Origin: an uncultured Chloroflexia bacterium
GTDB lineage: Bacteria > Chloroflexota > Limnocylindria > Limnocylindrales > CSP1-4
Direction: 5' to 3'
DNA: 64,000 nucleotides
NCBI GenBank assembly: GCA_963776395.1
Contig: CAVZML010000006.1
Location: forward strand, 5,312 to 69,311
Shown: piece after piece, positions 40,199 through 49,136 of the stretch
Position numbering within the stretch: position 1 is the first letter of the stretch
Layout: every line of letters begins with the position of its first letter
The notes under the pieces: model-generated
Database searches by the model: none
Told to the model about the DNA's origin: nothing
What the model saw: only the letters and a program-made list of their open reading frames with translations
Program-made: the position numbers and the translations under genes

Positions 40199-40462
40199 AT
40201 GATCATCCCGGCGGAGCAGTATCGGAATTGCGCGACCTGCGCTCGCCCGGCGCCGGTGCGCCGGTTCGATCTCACGGTCGTGGGCGACGACGGTCACGAG
40301 CGCCACTTCTTCGGTCTCCCCGCGGCAGCGTGCCGCCCGTGCGGCAGCCTGGCCCTGGACACCGATGCGACGAAGCTGTTCCGCATCGATCCCGCCGAGA
40401 TCCTTGCCGCGATCCAGAGCGATAGCTGCCTGACCGAGGCCCGCGGCTTCGACGCGGCCTGA
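40199..40462 (+). CDS. Small hypothetical protein with two CxxC pairs
   Basis: 87 aa with CATC...CRPC, a possible zinc ribbon. Coding status is moderately uncertain in high-GC DNA. Confidence 0.4.
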   Translation: MIIPAEQYRNCATCARPAPVRRFDLTVVGDDGHERHFFGLPAAACRPCGSLALDTDATKLFRIDPAEILAAIQSDSCLTEARGFDAA

Positions 40463-40535
40463 CGCCCGGAGCGAAACGACCAGACGCCTGGCTGCGTCGC
40501 GCCCGCCGCCTCGGCGTTCGCCCGATCCCGCCTGC

Positions 40536-41402
40536 TCACGTCCCCGTTGAAGGCGCATCCTCGACCTGGGCGATCCCCGCCGTGGCCGCCCGCCGAAACC
40601 CCAGGCGCTCGTAGATCCGCGCCACGTCGTCCCCGGCCGCTGACAGGAAGACGAGATCCAGCCCGGAGGCAATCGCATCATGGACGAGCGCGCCGGTCAC
40701 CGCGGCACCGATGCCCCTCCTGCGCGCCGAAGGCAGCGTGGCCACCCCGACGACCTCGGTCACGCCGTCCACTGGCTGGTGGGCGCCTGACGCGATCGGC
40801 CCGGCCCGATCCTCTGCGACGACCAGGACGGTCGCGCCTGCGGCCAGCCGCTCCCGGAAGCGCGAGCGGTCGTGGCCCGCGGCCGCCGCGAGGTCGTCAC
40901 GCTGGACCGGTCCCGCGGGTCCGGCGGCCGTTCCCGCGTGGGCGAACGCGACGGACGCGACCGCCATGATCCGGTCGAGGTCGGGCTCGTCGGCCGGGAC
41001 ACGCCGTATCCGGACACCTGCCGGTGCCGGCGCGGCAACGACGCCGTCCAGGATGAGCAGTGGCAGCTCCAGGACGCGCATGCCCGCCGCGCGTGCCGCC
41101 GTCGACAGCGACGGCGTCGTCTCGACGACCCATTCGATGGACTCCGGCACTCCCAGCCCACGCTGCAGCTCCCGCACGGACGTGACGTCGTCCGGCTCGA
41201 TGGCTGACGCGAGTCCCAGGCAGGGACGGGCGTAGTAGGGGAATTCGCCGGTCGAGATGAACAGCGTGAAGGGCCCTGCCGCCTGGGTTCGCGCGGAGGC
41301 GCGCGGGGCGGCATCGTAGTAGCGCTCGATGCGCACGAGGCTGGACGGGGATCCGGATCCGGGCACGGCCCGGATGGTGACAGGTGCGGGGGTCCGGTGC
41401 AC
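40536..41402 (-). CDS. GNAT family N-acetyltransferase (two-domain type)
   Basis: Acetyl-CoA motif RRRGIGAAVTGALV and a C-terminal YERLGFR. Confidence 0.75.
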   Translation of the reverse strand: MHRTPAPVTIRAVPGSGSPSSLVRIERYYDAAPRASARTQAAGPFTLFISTGEFPYYARPCLGLASAIEPDDVTSVRELQRGLGVPESIEWVVETTPSLSTAARAAGMRVLELPLLILDGVVAAPAPAGVRIRRVPADEPDLDRIMAVASVAFAHAGTAAGPAGPVQRDDLAAAAGHDRSRFRERLAAGATVLVVAEDRAGPIASGAHQPVDGVTEVVGVATLPSARRRGIGAAVTGALVHDAIASGLDLVFLSAAGDDVARIYERLGFRRAATAGIAQVEDAPSTGT

Positions 41403-41487
41403 CTCGAGTCCGCTGCGGCCTTGACCCGGTGCCCACCGAACCGGGGCACGTCAGACTGCCTGTGGAACGGGATGGTAGGGTTCGCCC

Positions 41488-41997
41488 ATGAGCAGACCAT
41501 TGCTGGAAGACGCGTTCGCGCACCACGTCTGGGCGACACTGCGGCTGGTCGACGCCTGCGCGCTGCTGAGCCCGGAGCAGCTGGCCACGGGAGTCCCGGG
41601 TACCTACGGGTCGATCATCGACACCCTGCGCCACCTCGTCGGGGCCGACGCCTCGTACCTGTTCGTGCTGTCCGGCGGGCGCGTCCCCGACATCGACGAG
41701 GACGCGATGGGACTCCCGGAGCTGCGGGCCGTGATGGAGCGCAACGGCGCGGCGTGGTCCGACCTGCTCGCCGGCGACCTCGATGCCGACCAGGTCCTGG
41801 TCAGGCATCGCCCCGACGGGTCCGAGACGCACGCGCCGATCGGAATCCGGATCGCACAGGCGCTCCACCACGGAACTGATCACCGCAGCCAGGTCTGCAC
41901 CGCGCTCACGGCGCTCGGCCAGGAGCCACCGGATATCGACGTCTGGGACTTCGCCCTCCACGAAGGACGGCTCGTCCGGGTGCCGCCGCCAGCCTGA
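41488..41997 (+). CDS. DinB family protein
   Basis: HHVWATLRL...IDTLRHLVGAD...QALHHGTDHRSQ, the His triad of the DinB fold. Confidence 0.8.
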   Translation: MSRPLLEDAFAHHVWATLRLVDACALLSPEQLATGVPGTYGSIIDTLRHLVGADASYLFVLSGGRVPDIDEDAMGLPELRAVMERNGAAWSDLLAGDLDADQVLVRHRPDGSETHAPIGIRIAQALHHGTDHRSQVCTALTALGQEPPDIDVWDFALHEGRLVRVPPPA

Positions 41998-42205
41998 GGG
42001 CAGGGCGCACGCCCTTCGCCCCTCGGCGACCTGAGCCGCGGACGCCGACCAGGCGAGCCCGGGCCCAACAGGCGGACGACGTCAGGCCGCCGTAGACGCC
42101 CTGGCCTCGTCGGCGGTGCGTCCCAGCTCATTCTTGAACGTTCTGGGGTCGGCCGGTTTCATACTGGGTGAGGCAGCCAGACGGGCGGCCGGCACGGGTG
42201 CCGAG

Positions 42206-42757
42206 ATGCAGGCAGATCTCGTCGAACGAGCGCAGCGTGGTGACGCGGATGCCTTCGCGGCGCTCGCCGCGGCGTCGGTCGATCGCTCGTATGCGCTCGC
42301 GTACCGGATCCTGCGCGACCCACACCGTGCCCAGGACGCAACGCAACGGGCCTTCCTGAACGCGTGGCAGAACCTGCCGACCCTTCGGGATCGAGACCTG
42401 TTCGAGGCCTGGCTTCACCGACTCGTGGTCCGTGCCTGCTACACGGAGGCGAGGGGCGACCGTCGCTGGACCGCGCGTGTCCGCCTCATCCCGAGCGACA
42501 CGGCGACGGTGTCGGATACGGCGGTCTCCGTCGCCGACCGCGACGAGCTCGAGCGCGGTTTCCGTCGGCTGTCACCGGAGCAGCGCGCGGTCGTCGTGCT
42601 CCATCACTACATGGGATACCCGTTGACGGAGGTCGCCGCGACCCTCGACATCCCCGTCGGGACCGCCCGGTCGCGACTGCACTATGCGACCCGCCAGCTG
42701 CGGGCCGCGATCGAGGCGGACGGTCGCCCGACCGGCACCAGGGAGCGGACCGCGTGA
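42206..42757 (+). CDS. ECF sigma factor
   Basis: Region 2 (DATQRAFLNAWQNL, FEAWLHRLVVRAC) and region 4 (LSPEQRAVVVLHHYMGYPLTEVAATLDIPVGTARSRLHYA). The start was taken at MQADLV. Confidence 0.85.
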   Translation: MQADLVERAQRGDADAFAALAAASVDRSYALAYRILRDPHRAQDATQRAFLNAWQNLPTLRDRDLFEAWLHRLVVRACYTEARGDRRWTARVRLIPSDTATVSDTAVSVADRDELERGFRRLSPEQRAVVVLHHYMGYPLTEVAATLDIPVGTARSRLHYATRQLRAAIEADGRPTGTRERTA

Positions 42758-43662
42758 ACACCTCGCCGAAGTTCGAACAGCAGCTCGCCGCCTGGCTCGA
42801 GGATGGACCGGCGGACGCACCGGAAGAGACCCTCGAGAACATCCTCGCCGGCTTCCCGTCATTGCCACAACGACGGGGCGCCCTGCGCGTCCCGTGGAGG
42901 GTTGCGCCCGTGTCTGCCTTCTCCCGCAGTCTGATCGGCATCGCTGCAATCGTCGCGATCGCCGCCGGCGTCGTCTTCGTCGTCCCGAGGCTGCAACCGG
43001 GTGGCGTGGGAGGTCAGCCCTCGCCGATCCCCACGACGCCGGCGGTTGCGCCATCCCCGACCGAGGCCACATCGACGCCGTCGGCCTCGCCGGCGCCGTC
43101 AGCCTCGCCGGCGCCGTCGGCCCCGCCATCGCCTGCAGCGGAACCATCGCGGTCAGCGCCGCCATCGCCTGCAGCGAAACCATCGCCGTCGCAGGTCGCG
43201 GTCGTCTCGTCCAAGGCGTGCCTGGGGGATCATCTCACGGCCCAGGTGATGGACTGGCAGGGCGCGGCGGGCACGCGGTTCGGCACGGTCAGGCTCCGGA
43301 ACACGGGCAAGACCAGCTGCCTCGTCAGCGGGACCCCCGCCCTCCAGCTCGTCGAGGGTCACTCCCAGGTGTTCCTCGACTCGGCGAGCCTCGGGAACCC
43401 GGCCAGCGTGTCGCCCGCGACGCCGGTCTTCACGCTTCGCCCCGCCGGCGCCAGCAGCGTCTACCTCATGGCAGGGCTCACGAACTACTGCGGGGTCGAC
43501 CCAGTCTCCCTCGTCCGCCTGGCGCTGGTCCTCCCGGGGAGCCTCGGGCGCGTCGTGGCGGAGGCGGCCCCGGGTGTCGTGATCACCATGGCTCCGTGCA
43601 ATGGTCCGAGCAGCCCGACCGAGCTCCACGTGCAGGTCCCGTGGTCGACCAGGGCCCCCTGA
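42754..43662 (+). CDS. Anti-sigma-like membrane protein with Pro/Ser/Ala linker and DUF4232-like C-domain
   Basis: GTGA overlap with the sigma gene, a TM helix (IGIAAIVAIAAGVVFVV), a repetitive SPAPSA linker, and a C-terminal Cys-containing beta domain (CLGDHL...RLRNTGKTSCLVSG). Confidence 0.7.
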   Translation: MNTSPKFEQQLAAWLEDGPADAPEETLENILAGFPSLPQRRGALRVPWRVAPVSAFSRSLIGIAAIVAIAAGVVFVVPRLQPGGVGGQPSPIPTTPAVAPSPTEATSTPSASPAPSASPAPSAPPSPAAEPSRSAPPSPAAKPSPSQVAVVSSKACLGDHLTAQVMDWQGAAGTRFGTVRLRNTGKTSCLVSGTPALQLVEGHSQVFLDSASLGNPASVSPATPVFTLRPAGASSVYLMAGLTNYCGVDPVSLVRLALVLPGSLGRVVAEAAPGVVITMAPCNGPSSPTELHVQVPWSTRAP

Positions 43663-43777
43663 TGCGGAAGGCGACCAACCGGGACCGGCGCCGCGATCGC
43701 GTGGTGCCGAAAGGCCCGATGAGCGAGCCACGGGCGACCGTCCGGACCTGGCCCGGTGATTGCCGGGGCCCGCGGGG

Positions 43778-44221
43778 CTACGAGGTGTAGCGTTCGACGG
43801 CGTCGGAGATCGCCTCGAGCATCTCGGCACTCTCCCTCGCCAGGGGGACGCCCTCCAGGGCTGCCGCGAGCAGCTCCCGTCGGCGGACGGAGATCTCTGC
43901 CCAGGTGCGGCTGCCCTGGTTCGTGAGACGCACCACCACGGCCCGACGGTCGGCCGTGGTCCCGCGCTCGCTCCACAGCAGACCCCTGGCCTCCAGGCGG
44001 AAGACGATCCGGCCGATTGCCGACGCCGGCGTGTTGGCACGTCGCCCCAGCTCGGTCACGCGAAGGCCGTCGTCAGAGCTCGCCACGAGTGCCAGGACGC
44101 GGTACTGGCTGATGGTCAGCGCCCGCACCTCGGGATGGACCTCCGCGAGGGCGCGGGTCGTGATTGCCCCACTGCGCACGACGAGCCGCTCCAGCGCCGC
44201 GATCGTCTCGCTGTCTTCCAT
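43778..44221 (-). CDS. MarR family transcriptional regulator
   Basis: Winged-helix pattern (LTISQYRVLALVASSDDGLRVTELGRRANTPASAIGRIVFRLEARGLL). Confidence 0.85.
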   Translation of the reverse strand: MEDSETIAALERLVVRSGAITTRALAEVHPEVRALTISQYRVLALVASSDDGLRVTELGRRANTPASAIGRIVFRLEARGLLWSERGTTADRRAVVVRLTNQGSRTWAEISVRRRELLAAALEGVPLARESAEMLEAISDAVERYTS

Positions 44222-44336
44222 GACGCGATGTTACCGGGCGGACCCGGCGCTGGACTCAGGTAAAGACCCCACATGCTGGCGTGCCGTTCGGACCTGCTCG
44301 TGCATGCCGAAAGACATTGCAGGCCCATTTGGATCC

Positions 44337-44381
44337 AACTGTACTAAGGAAGTTGTAGTACTAACGATGTTGTAGTCGAAC
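44337..44381. promoter_or_regulatory. AT-rich repeat cluster between marR-like and signal-peptidase genes (candidate operator/promoter)
   Basis: Direct repeats GTTGTAGTACTAAC (44352-44365) and GTTGTAGTCGAAC (44369-44381), plus the inverted GTACTA...TAGTAC. The site stands out as AT-rich in ~70% GC DNA. Confidence 0.4.
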
Positions 44382-44431
44382 GGCTGCTACATGCGGCCCA
44401 TCCTGCAGCATTCCCGTTACTCGAGGCTGGC

Positions 44432-44925
44432 GTGAAAGGCCGCATCCTTACCCTCGCCTTGCTCCTGATCGGCTTCCTCGTCCTGTCGGGCGGGGTCGCC
44501 GTCCGTGTGTCGGGGCTGCGGACGCAGACGTCCTGACGGGCTCGATGGTCCCGACGGCCTCGCCAGGCGACGTCGCCGTGACCGAGCCCGTCCCGTTGTC
44601 GGCTCTCAGGGTCGGCGACGTGATCGCGTTCTACCCGCCCGGCGAGAGCATGCCCGTGCTCCACCGGATCCAGACGCTCGACGCCATCGGCGGCGTCACG
44701 TCCGTGAGCACGAAGGGCGACGCGAACCGCGTGCCGGACCCGTGGGGCGCGGTTCAGCTCCAGGGATCGACCGCCTACCGGCTCGTCGCCGTGGTCCCGT
44801 TCGTCGGCTGGCTCACCCACTACAAGGGCCTGCTGTTCATCGCAGCCGGTCTCGTGCTCGGAGCCTGGCTCCTGCAGCAGTTGAAGAGGGAGGTCCGGCT
44901 GCATCGCCCCAGCCCGGCGGCCTGA
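44432..44925 (+). CDS. SipW-type (archaeal/ER-type) signal peptidase I, one frameshift near 44530
   Basis: The N-terminal TM segment (VKGRILTLALLLIGFLVLSGG) is in one frame and stops at 44535. The catalytic part (VLTGSMVPTASPGD...HRI...KGDAN) is in ORF 44545-44925, with a C-terminal TM helix. Confidence 0.75.
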
Positions 44926-45020
44926 CGCCAACCTGCGCGTTCGCGCGTTCCCCCGAAACGAACAGTTGACGCTGTGGTTTGTTCCCGACCAGGTCATTCG
45001 ACTGAGAGGACAGATACACG

Positions 45021-45485
45021 ATGCGCAAGATCGCGGCCATGCTGGTCGCATTCGGCCTGACCCTTGGACTCCTCGGTGCTGGAATCAGCGCCACGTTCAC
45101 CGACTCCGCCACCGCGACGACGAGCATCACGGTCGGCTCGTTCAACATCGACATCAGCACGACGCAGGTCGGCGCCGTCACCGTGGATGGCTCGTCCGTC
45201 ACCTTCACGTGCCCGGACATCCTGTCGTCCGGCGCTGGCTCGTGCGCCCTCCCGTTCACGATCACGTCCACCGGCTCGATCCCGGCTGACCTGCTCGTGA
45301 CGGCCAACACGCCCGCTTCGCCGTTCTCCGACCTCCTCGCCGCTGGCGAGAAGTCGCCGAACGTGATCCACCTGACTCAAGGACAGCACCACGACTTCGC
45401 TGCTGGCCTTCAGTGGGGCGCCCTCACGAACGCGAACCTCGGGCAAGCCGTCTCGATCACCTACACGATCAACGCCGCTCAGTAA
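45021..45485 (+). CDS. TasA/camelysin-like secreted protein with SipW-cognate-type signal peptide
   Basis: MRKIAAMLVAFGLTLGLLGAGISATFTDSATATTSITVGSFNI. The extended signal peptide ending in A.F(T/S)D, followed by G(S/T)(F/L), is characteristic of SipW substrates. Confidence 0.7.
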   Translation: MRKIAAMLVAFGLTLGLLGAGISATFTDSATATTSITVGSFNIDISTTQVGAVTVDGSSVTFTCPDILSSGAGSCALPFTITSTGSIPADLLVTANTPASPFSDLLAAGEKSPNVIHLTQGQHHDFAAGLQWGALTNANLGQAVSITYTINAAQ

Positions 45486-45522
45486 GGCGCGTGCGCGAGC
45501 ACGTCCCGGAAGGGATGATCGA

Positions 45523-46716
45523 ATGAACCTCCGACAGATAGCGACCGGACTGGTCGCCGCAGGGATGACACTCGGCCTCATTGGGGCCGGTGTCGCAGCC
45601 ACCTACACCGACACGGCGACCGCGCAGGAGAACGTGACCTACGTCGGCTCCTTCGGTTGCCAGCTCGACTCGACCACCCAGGGCGCCGTCGTCTCGACGG
45701 ACCATCACACGGTCACGTTCCAGGAGCCGGACATCGCCCTCTCGGCGCCGCCGCAGGGCGGCAACGCGTTGGATCTGTCCATCACGCTGACGAACACCGG
45801 CTCGATCCCCCAGAACGTCCATTGGACGATCACCGGGCCTGACTACAACATCAGCCCCTACAACCGGCCGCCGTACAACTCCCCCAACGGGCACTTCGGC
45901 ACGTCGTCGGGCTCCCCGTCGATGCTGACCGATCTGCACAACTGGACCGGCAGCCAGACCTACACGAGCCTCGGCTTCATGTGGCTGACGCCCCTCGACA
46001 ACACCGATCTCGGTGTCACGCTGACGGCGACATACCACGTCGACTGCACCGACTACTCGCCGCCGAGCCGCCCGACCTACATCGGCGGTGCGTCGGCCTC
46101 CACGGGGACGCTCGCGACCCAGACCGTCTCGCTGCCCTCGGGCTGGCAGCCGGGCGACCTAGCGATCGGCTACACGTGGCGAGCCGCATCCACCGGCGGT
46201 GGCGCCGGGATCACCGGTTTCACGACGGTCAACTCGAACATCTTCACCAGTGGTCTGCGTCAGGCGATCCTGCAACGGACCCTGGCGGCCGGTGACTCGA
46301 CGTTCTCGACGTCGGCAACCGCCAACGTGATCATGATCGTCGTCTACCGCCACGCGGCAGTTCTGAGCAGCGCTGGTCTGTTCCTGACCACCGGCGCGAT
46401 GAGCAGCACCGCCACGGCGTTCAACTGCAACCAGCCTGCCAATGGACCGATGCCGACCGACGGCTCGGCCGTTGACGTCTGCTTCGCGGGAGACACTGCG
46501 GCCACCAACGTCAAGTCCATCGCGCCAACGGGCACGATCGGGCTGACGAACCGATCGGCCGGCTTCGCTGCGCCGAACGCCGGCATGGCCGACAGCTCGG
46601 ACACCTCCATCAACGTCTGGCCGGGTGCTGGGGTTTCGCTCAGCACGTGGACCAGCACCCCGAACAACGCCCGTGCCCACGGCACGGCCTCCGTTGGCAT
46701 CGGCTACGCCCCCTGA
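45523..46716 (+). CDS. Second, larger protein with the same signal-peptide class
   Basis: MNLRQIATGLVAAGMTLGLIGAGVAATYTDTATAQENVTYVGSF, then a ~350-aa domain of unknown function. Confidence 0.65.
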   Translation: MNLRQIATGLVAAGMTLGLIGAGVAATYTDTATAQENVTYVGSFGCQLDSTTQGAVVSTDHHTVTFQEPDIALSAPPQGGNALDLSITLTNTGSIPQNVHWTITGPDYNISPYNRPPYNSPNGHFGTSSGSPSMLTDLHNWTGSQTYTSLGFMWLTPLDNTDLGVTLTATYHVDCTDYSPPSRPTYIGGASASTGTLATQTVSLPSGWQPGDLAIGYTWRAASTGGGAGITGFTTVNSNIFTSGLRQAILQRTLAAGDSTFSTSATANVIMIVVYRHAAVLSSAGLFLTTGAMSSTATAFNCNQPANGPMPTDGSAVDVCFAGDTAATNVKSIAPTGTIGLTNRSAGFAAPNAGMADSSDTSINVWPGAGVSLSTWTSTPNNARAHGTASVGIGYAP

Positions 46717-46780
46717 GCGCAGCCCGGCGCCTATTGACCGAGGCGGCGAGCGTCCCCGCCGCCTCGACTGGGAGATCCCG

Positions 46781-47413
46781 ATGCGTCAGAGTTCCGAGAT
46801 CCTGCTCGTGGTTGGGGTGGCGTTGATCGTGTTCGCGGTCGCCACCCCGCGCGATGGCATCCTGGCGCGGGTCCTCGCCAGCGACGAGGCGCGGGCGACG
46901 TCCACGGTCACCGTCCGGTCGTTCGACGGATCTCTGTCCGACGCTGCCCCGGCGACATTGGAACCGAGTATCGAGCCTGGGGCCACGGTGGCGCCGGACC
47001 CGGCCGGATCCCCGGCACTGGCCCTCGACCCGACCACCGCGCCGACGGACAACCCCTATCCGACGGGGGCGCCCACATCCGCTCCCGGTGACACGCCGGC
47101 GCCAACAGCGGGCCTGGACCCCACACCGCAACCCCCGGCGACACCTGCGCCGCCAGCGACGGTGACGCCGTCTCCGCCGACGCCCACCGCCCTGCCCACG
47201 TCGACGCCCACGGCCGCCCCGCCCACGCCCGTACCCTCGCCGAGGCCGACCCCGACTCCCGCCCCGACCTCCACCCCCACCCCCGGCCCCACGCCGCAGC
47301 CGACGCCGGAGCCGACCCCGAGGCCGACCGCGAAGCCGAAGCACAACCCGTCCCCGACACCTGCCGCGACACCCGAGCCCACGCCCGATCCGAGCGCGTC
47401 CATCGCCCCGTAG
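46781..47413 (+). CDS. Single-pass membrane protein with a long Pro/Thr/Ala-rich tail
   Basis: TM helix (ILLVVGVALIVFAVA), then low-complexity PTPxPTP repeats. The start was taken at MRQSSE. Confidence 0.5.
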   Translation: MRQSSEILLVVGVALIVFAVATPRDGILARVLASDEARATSTVTVRSFDGSLSDAAPATLEPSIEPGATVAPDPAGSPALALDPTTAPTDNPYPTGAPTSAPGDTPAPTAGLDPTPQPPATPAPPATVTPSPPTPTALPTSTPTAAPPTPVPSPRPTPTPAPTSTPTPGPTPQPTPEPTPRPTAKPKHNPSPTPAATPEPTPDPSASIAP

Positions 47414-47476
47414 GCCACTCATCGGGGCCCGCCGTGGGATGATCCCGGGACGTTCGTCCCTACGAGAGGTGCCCGG

Positions 47477-47839
47477 GTGGTCAAGCACACGAGCGTCGAG
47501 GCGTACCTCGCCGCGCTTCCCGCGGTCCAGCGCGAAGTCCTCGCGGCGCTTCGCGAGACGATCCGGGCCGCGGCCCCGGACGCGACCGAGCTGATCTCCT
47601 ACGACATGCCGGCGTTCAAGGCGAACGGCCGGTTCCTCGTCTCGTACGCCGCCTACAAGCGGCACTACAGCATCTTCCCGGCGAGCCAGGCCGTCCTCGA
47701 CGCGCTGGGGGACGAGATCAGGCCCTACCACACCGGCAAGGGCACGATCCAGTTCACCGCCGAGCGCCCTCTCGCCGCGGACGTCGTGACCAGGCTGGTC
47801 AGGGTGCGGCTGGAGGAGTGTGCCGACCGCGGTGGCTGA
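47477..47839 (+). CDS. DUF1801 (YdhG-like) domain protein
   Basis: VEAYLAALPAVQREVLAALRETIRAAAPDATELISYDMPAFK..GRFLV.YAAYKRHYSIFP. Confidence 0.7.
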   Translation: MVKHTSVEAYLAALPAVQREVLAALRETIRAAAPDATELISYDMPAFKANGRFLVSYAAYKRHYSIFPASQAVLDALGDEIRPYHTGKGTIQFTAERPLAADVVTRLVRVRLEECADRGG

Positions 47840-48377
47840 GCCGCCTGGGATCCGGCTCATCGCCCCCGGGGAGCCGACCGCCGCGGAGCTCGAAGGCCTC
47901 ATGCAGCTGTTCACCGCTGCGTGGCCGGACGGCCAATTCACGGCCGACGATGCGGAGCACGCCGCGGGAGGCGTCCGCTGGGTGGCCGAGGCGGACGGTC
48001 GCATCGTCGGGCACGCGTCGGTCGTGCAGCGCCTGCTCGAGGTCGACGGACGGCCGATCGCGGCGGGCTACGTCGAAGCGGTGGCGACACTGCCCGCCTG
48101 GCGCGGGAAGGGGATCGCGACGCGCATGATGGAGGCTGCCGGGGACCATATCCGCGCCACGTGTGAGCTCGGTGCGCTGAGCACGGGCGCTCATTGGCTG
48201 TACGAGCGGCTGGGCTGGACCCGCTGGCGTGGCCCCACGTTCGTCCGCACCGTAGACGGCCTCCTCCGCACCGCTGACGAGGACGACGGGATCATGGTCC
48301 TGCGCACGTCGCGGACACCGCCGCTTACGGGCGCCGAGGCCTTGAGCTGCGAGTGGCGCGCCGGGGACCCCTGGTAG
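47820..48377 (+). CDS. GNAT acetyltransferase resembling aminoglycoside 2'-N-acetyltransferase AAC(2')
   Basis: GYVEAVATLPAWRGKGIATRMM acetyl-CoA motif, and a C-terminal ...LSCEWRAGDPW like the AAC(2')-I family end. Confidence 0.6.
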   Translation: MPTAVAEPPGIRLIAPGEPTAAELEGLMQLFTAAWPDGQFTADDAEHAAGGVRWVAEADGRIVGHASVVQRLLEVDGRPIAAGYVEAVATLPAWRGKGIATRMMEAAGDHIRATCELGALSTGAHWLYERLGWTRWRGPTFVRTVDGLLRTADEDDGIMVLRTSRTPPLTGAEALSCEWRAGDPW

Positions 48378-48381
48378 GTGC

Positions 48382-48461
48382 GCCCGTCAGGCTCGCCGCC
48401 CGTCAGGCTCGCCGCCCGTCAGGCTCGCCGCCCGTCAGGCTCGCCGTCCGTCAGGCCTTCC
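48382..48461. repeat. Tandem repeat, 5 x 16 bp (GCCCGTCAGGCTCGCC)
   Basis: Four perfect units and one degenerate unit between convergent genes. The last units overlap the stop codon region of the MOSC gene. Confidence 0.9.
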
Positions 48462-49005
48462 GGATGATGTCGCCCACGCGCACCGGGCCGCCGCTGACGA
48501 TGCGGACGTACATCCCGCGCATCCGGTTGGCCCGACCCGTCGGGGTGCTGATCCAGCGGAGCGCGTCCGCCCCGAATCGCGCCCTGAACTGCGTGCATCC
48601 GGTGTGCGGGAGGTCGGTCACCTCGAGCACGACGGGCCCGACCGTCAACCGGGTCCCCGGCGGCAGGTTCTCGGCGGACAGGTCCAGGTCCAGGTAGAGC
48701 TGGTCGCCGGCGAGCGGCCACCGCGACCTGTCGGGCTCGATGGCGGTGAGGACGCGCGTGCTCATCAGCGTGAGCTGCGCGGCCGGATTGGCTGCGTGAT
48801 CCACCGTGGAGCTGCTGCCGCGAGCGAGCCAGCCATCGCCCACCAGGCCCCGCGACACGTCCAGGATGCCCTCCTGGAGGATCTCGCGCTCGCCCGGGGA
48901 AGGTCGGGCGACGATCAGCTCGAGGGCCCCGCCGTCGTGGGGCGAGGCGAGGACGAAGTCGAGGTGCTGGTCGAAGTCGCGGGTCGGCGAAGGGTTGGTC
49001 TCCAT
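48451..49005 (-). CDS. MOSC domain protein
   Basis: LYLDLDLS..NLPPGTRL.VG.VVLEVT..PHTGC.QF, with the conserved Cys of the MOSC fold. Confidence 0.8.
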   Translation of the reverse strand: METNPSPTRDFDQHLDFVLASPHDGGALELIVARPSPGEREILQEGILDVSRGLVGDGWLARGSSSTVDHAANPAAQLTLMSTRVLTAIEPDRSRWPLAGDQLYLDLDLSAENLPPGTRLTVGPVVLEVTDLPHTGCTQFRARFGADALRWISTPTGRANRMRGMYVRIVSGGPVRVGDIIRKA

Positions 49006-49136
49006 TCGTGAAGTGTCGCCGATCCGCCCTCGAGTGCAAGTATCGAGGACATCGATCGCCTACGGCACTCGCCCAAGGCGAACGACGGCCGGTATGCCAG
49101 CCGGGGCCTCGGCCGGAGCCCGGCTAGACTCCGCTG

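Noticed and set aside
40760-41961. ORFs 40760-41539 (-), 40897-41961 (-) and several plus-strand ORFs overlapping the GNAT and DinB genes
   Set aside because: They overlap genes that have clear family motifs, and their translations are low-complexity Arg/Pro-rich sequence.
46640-48004. 454-aa minus-strand ORF, plus other antisense ORFs across the PT-rich gene
   Set aside because: These are mirror images of a Pro/Thr-rich coding repeat and of the DUF1801 and GNAT genes. Their composition is Arg/Gly-rich and they contain no motifs.
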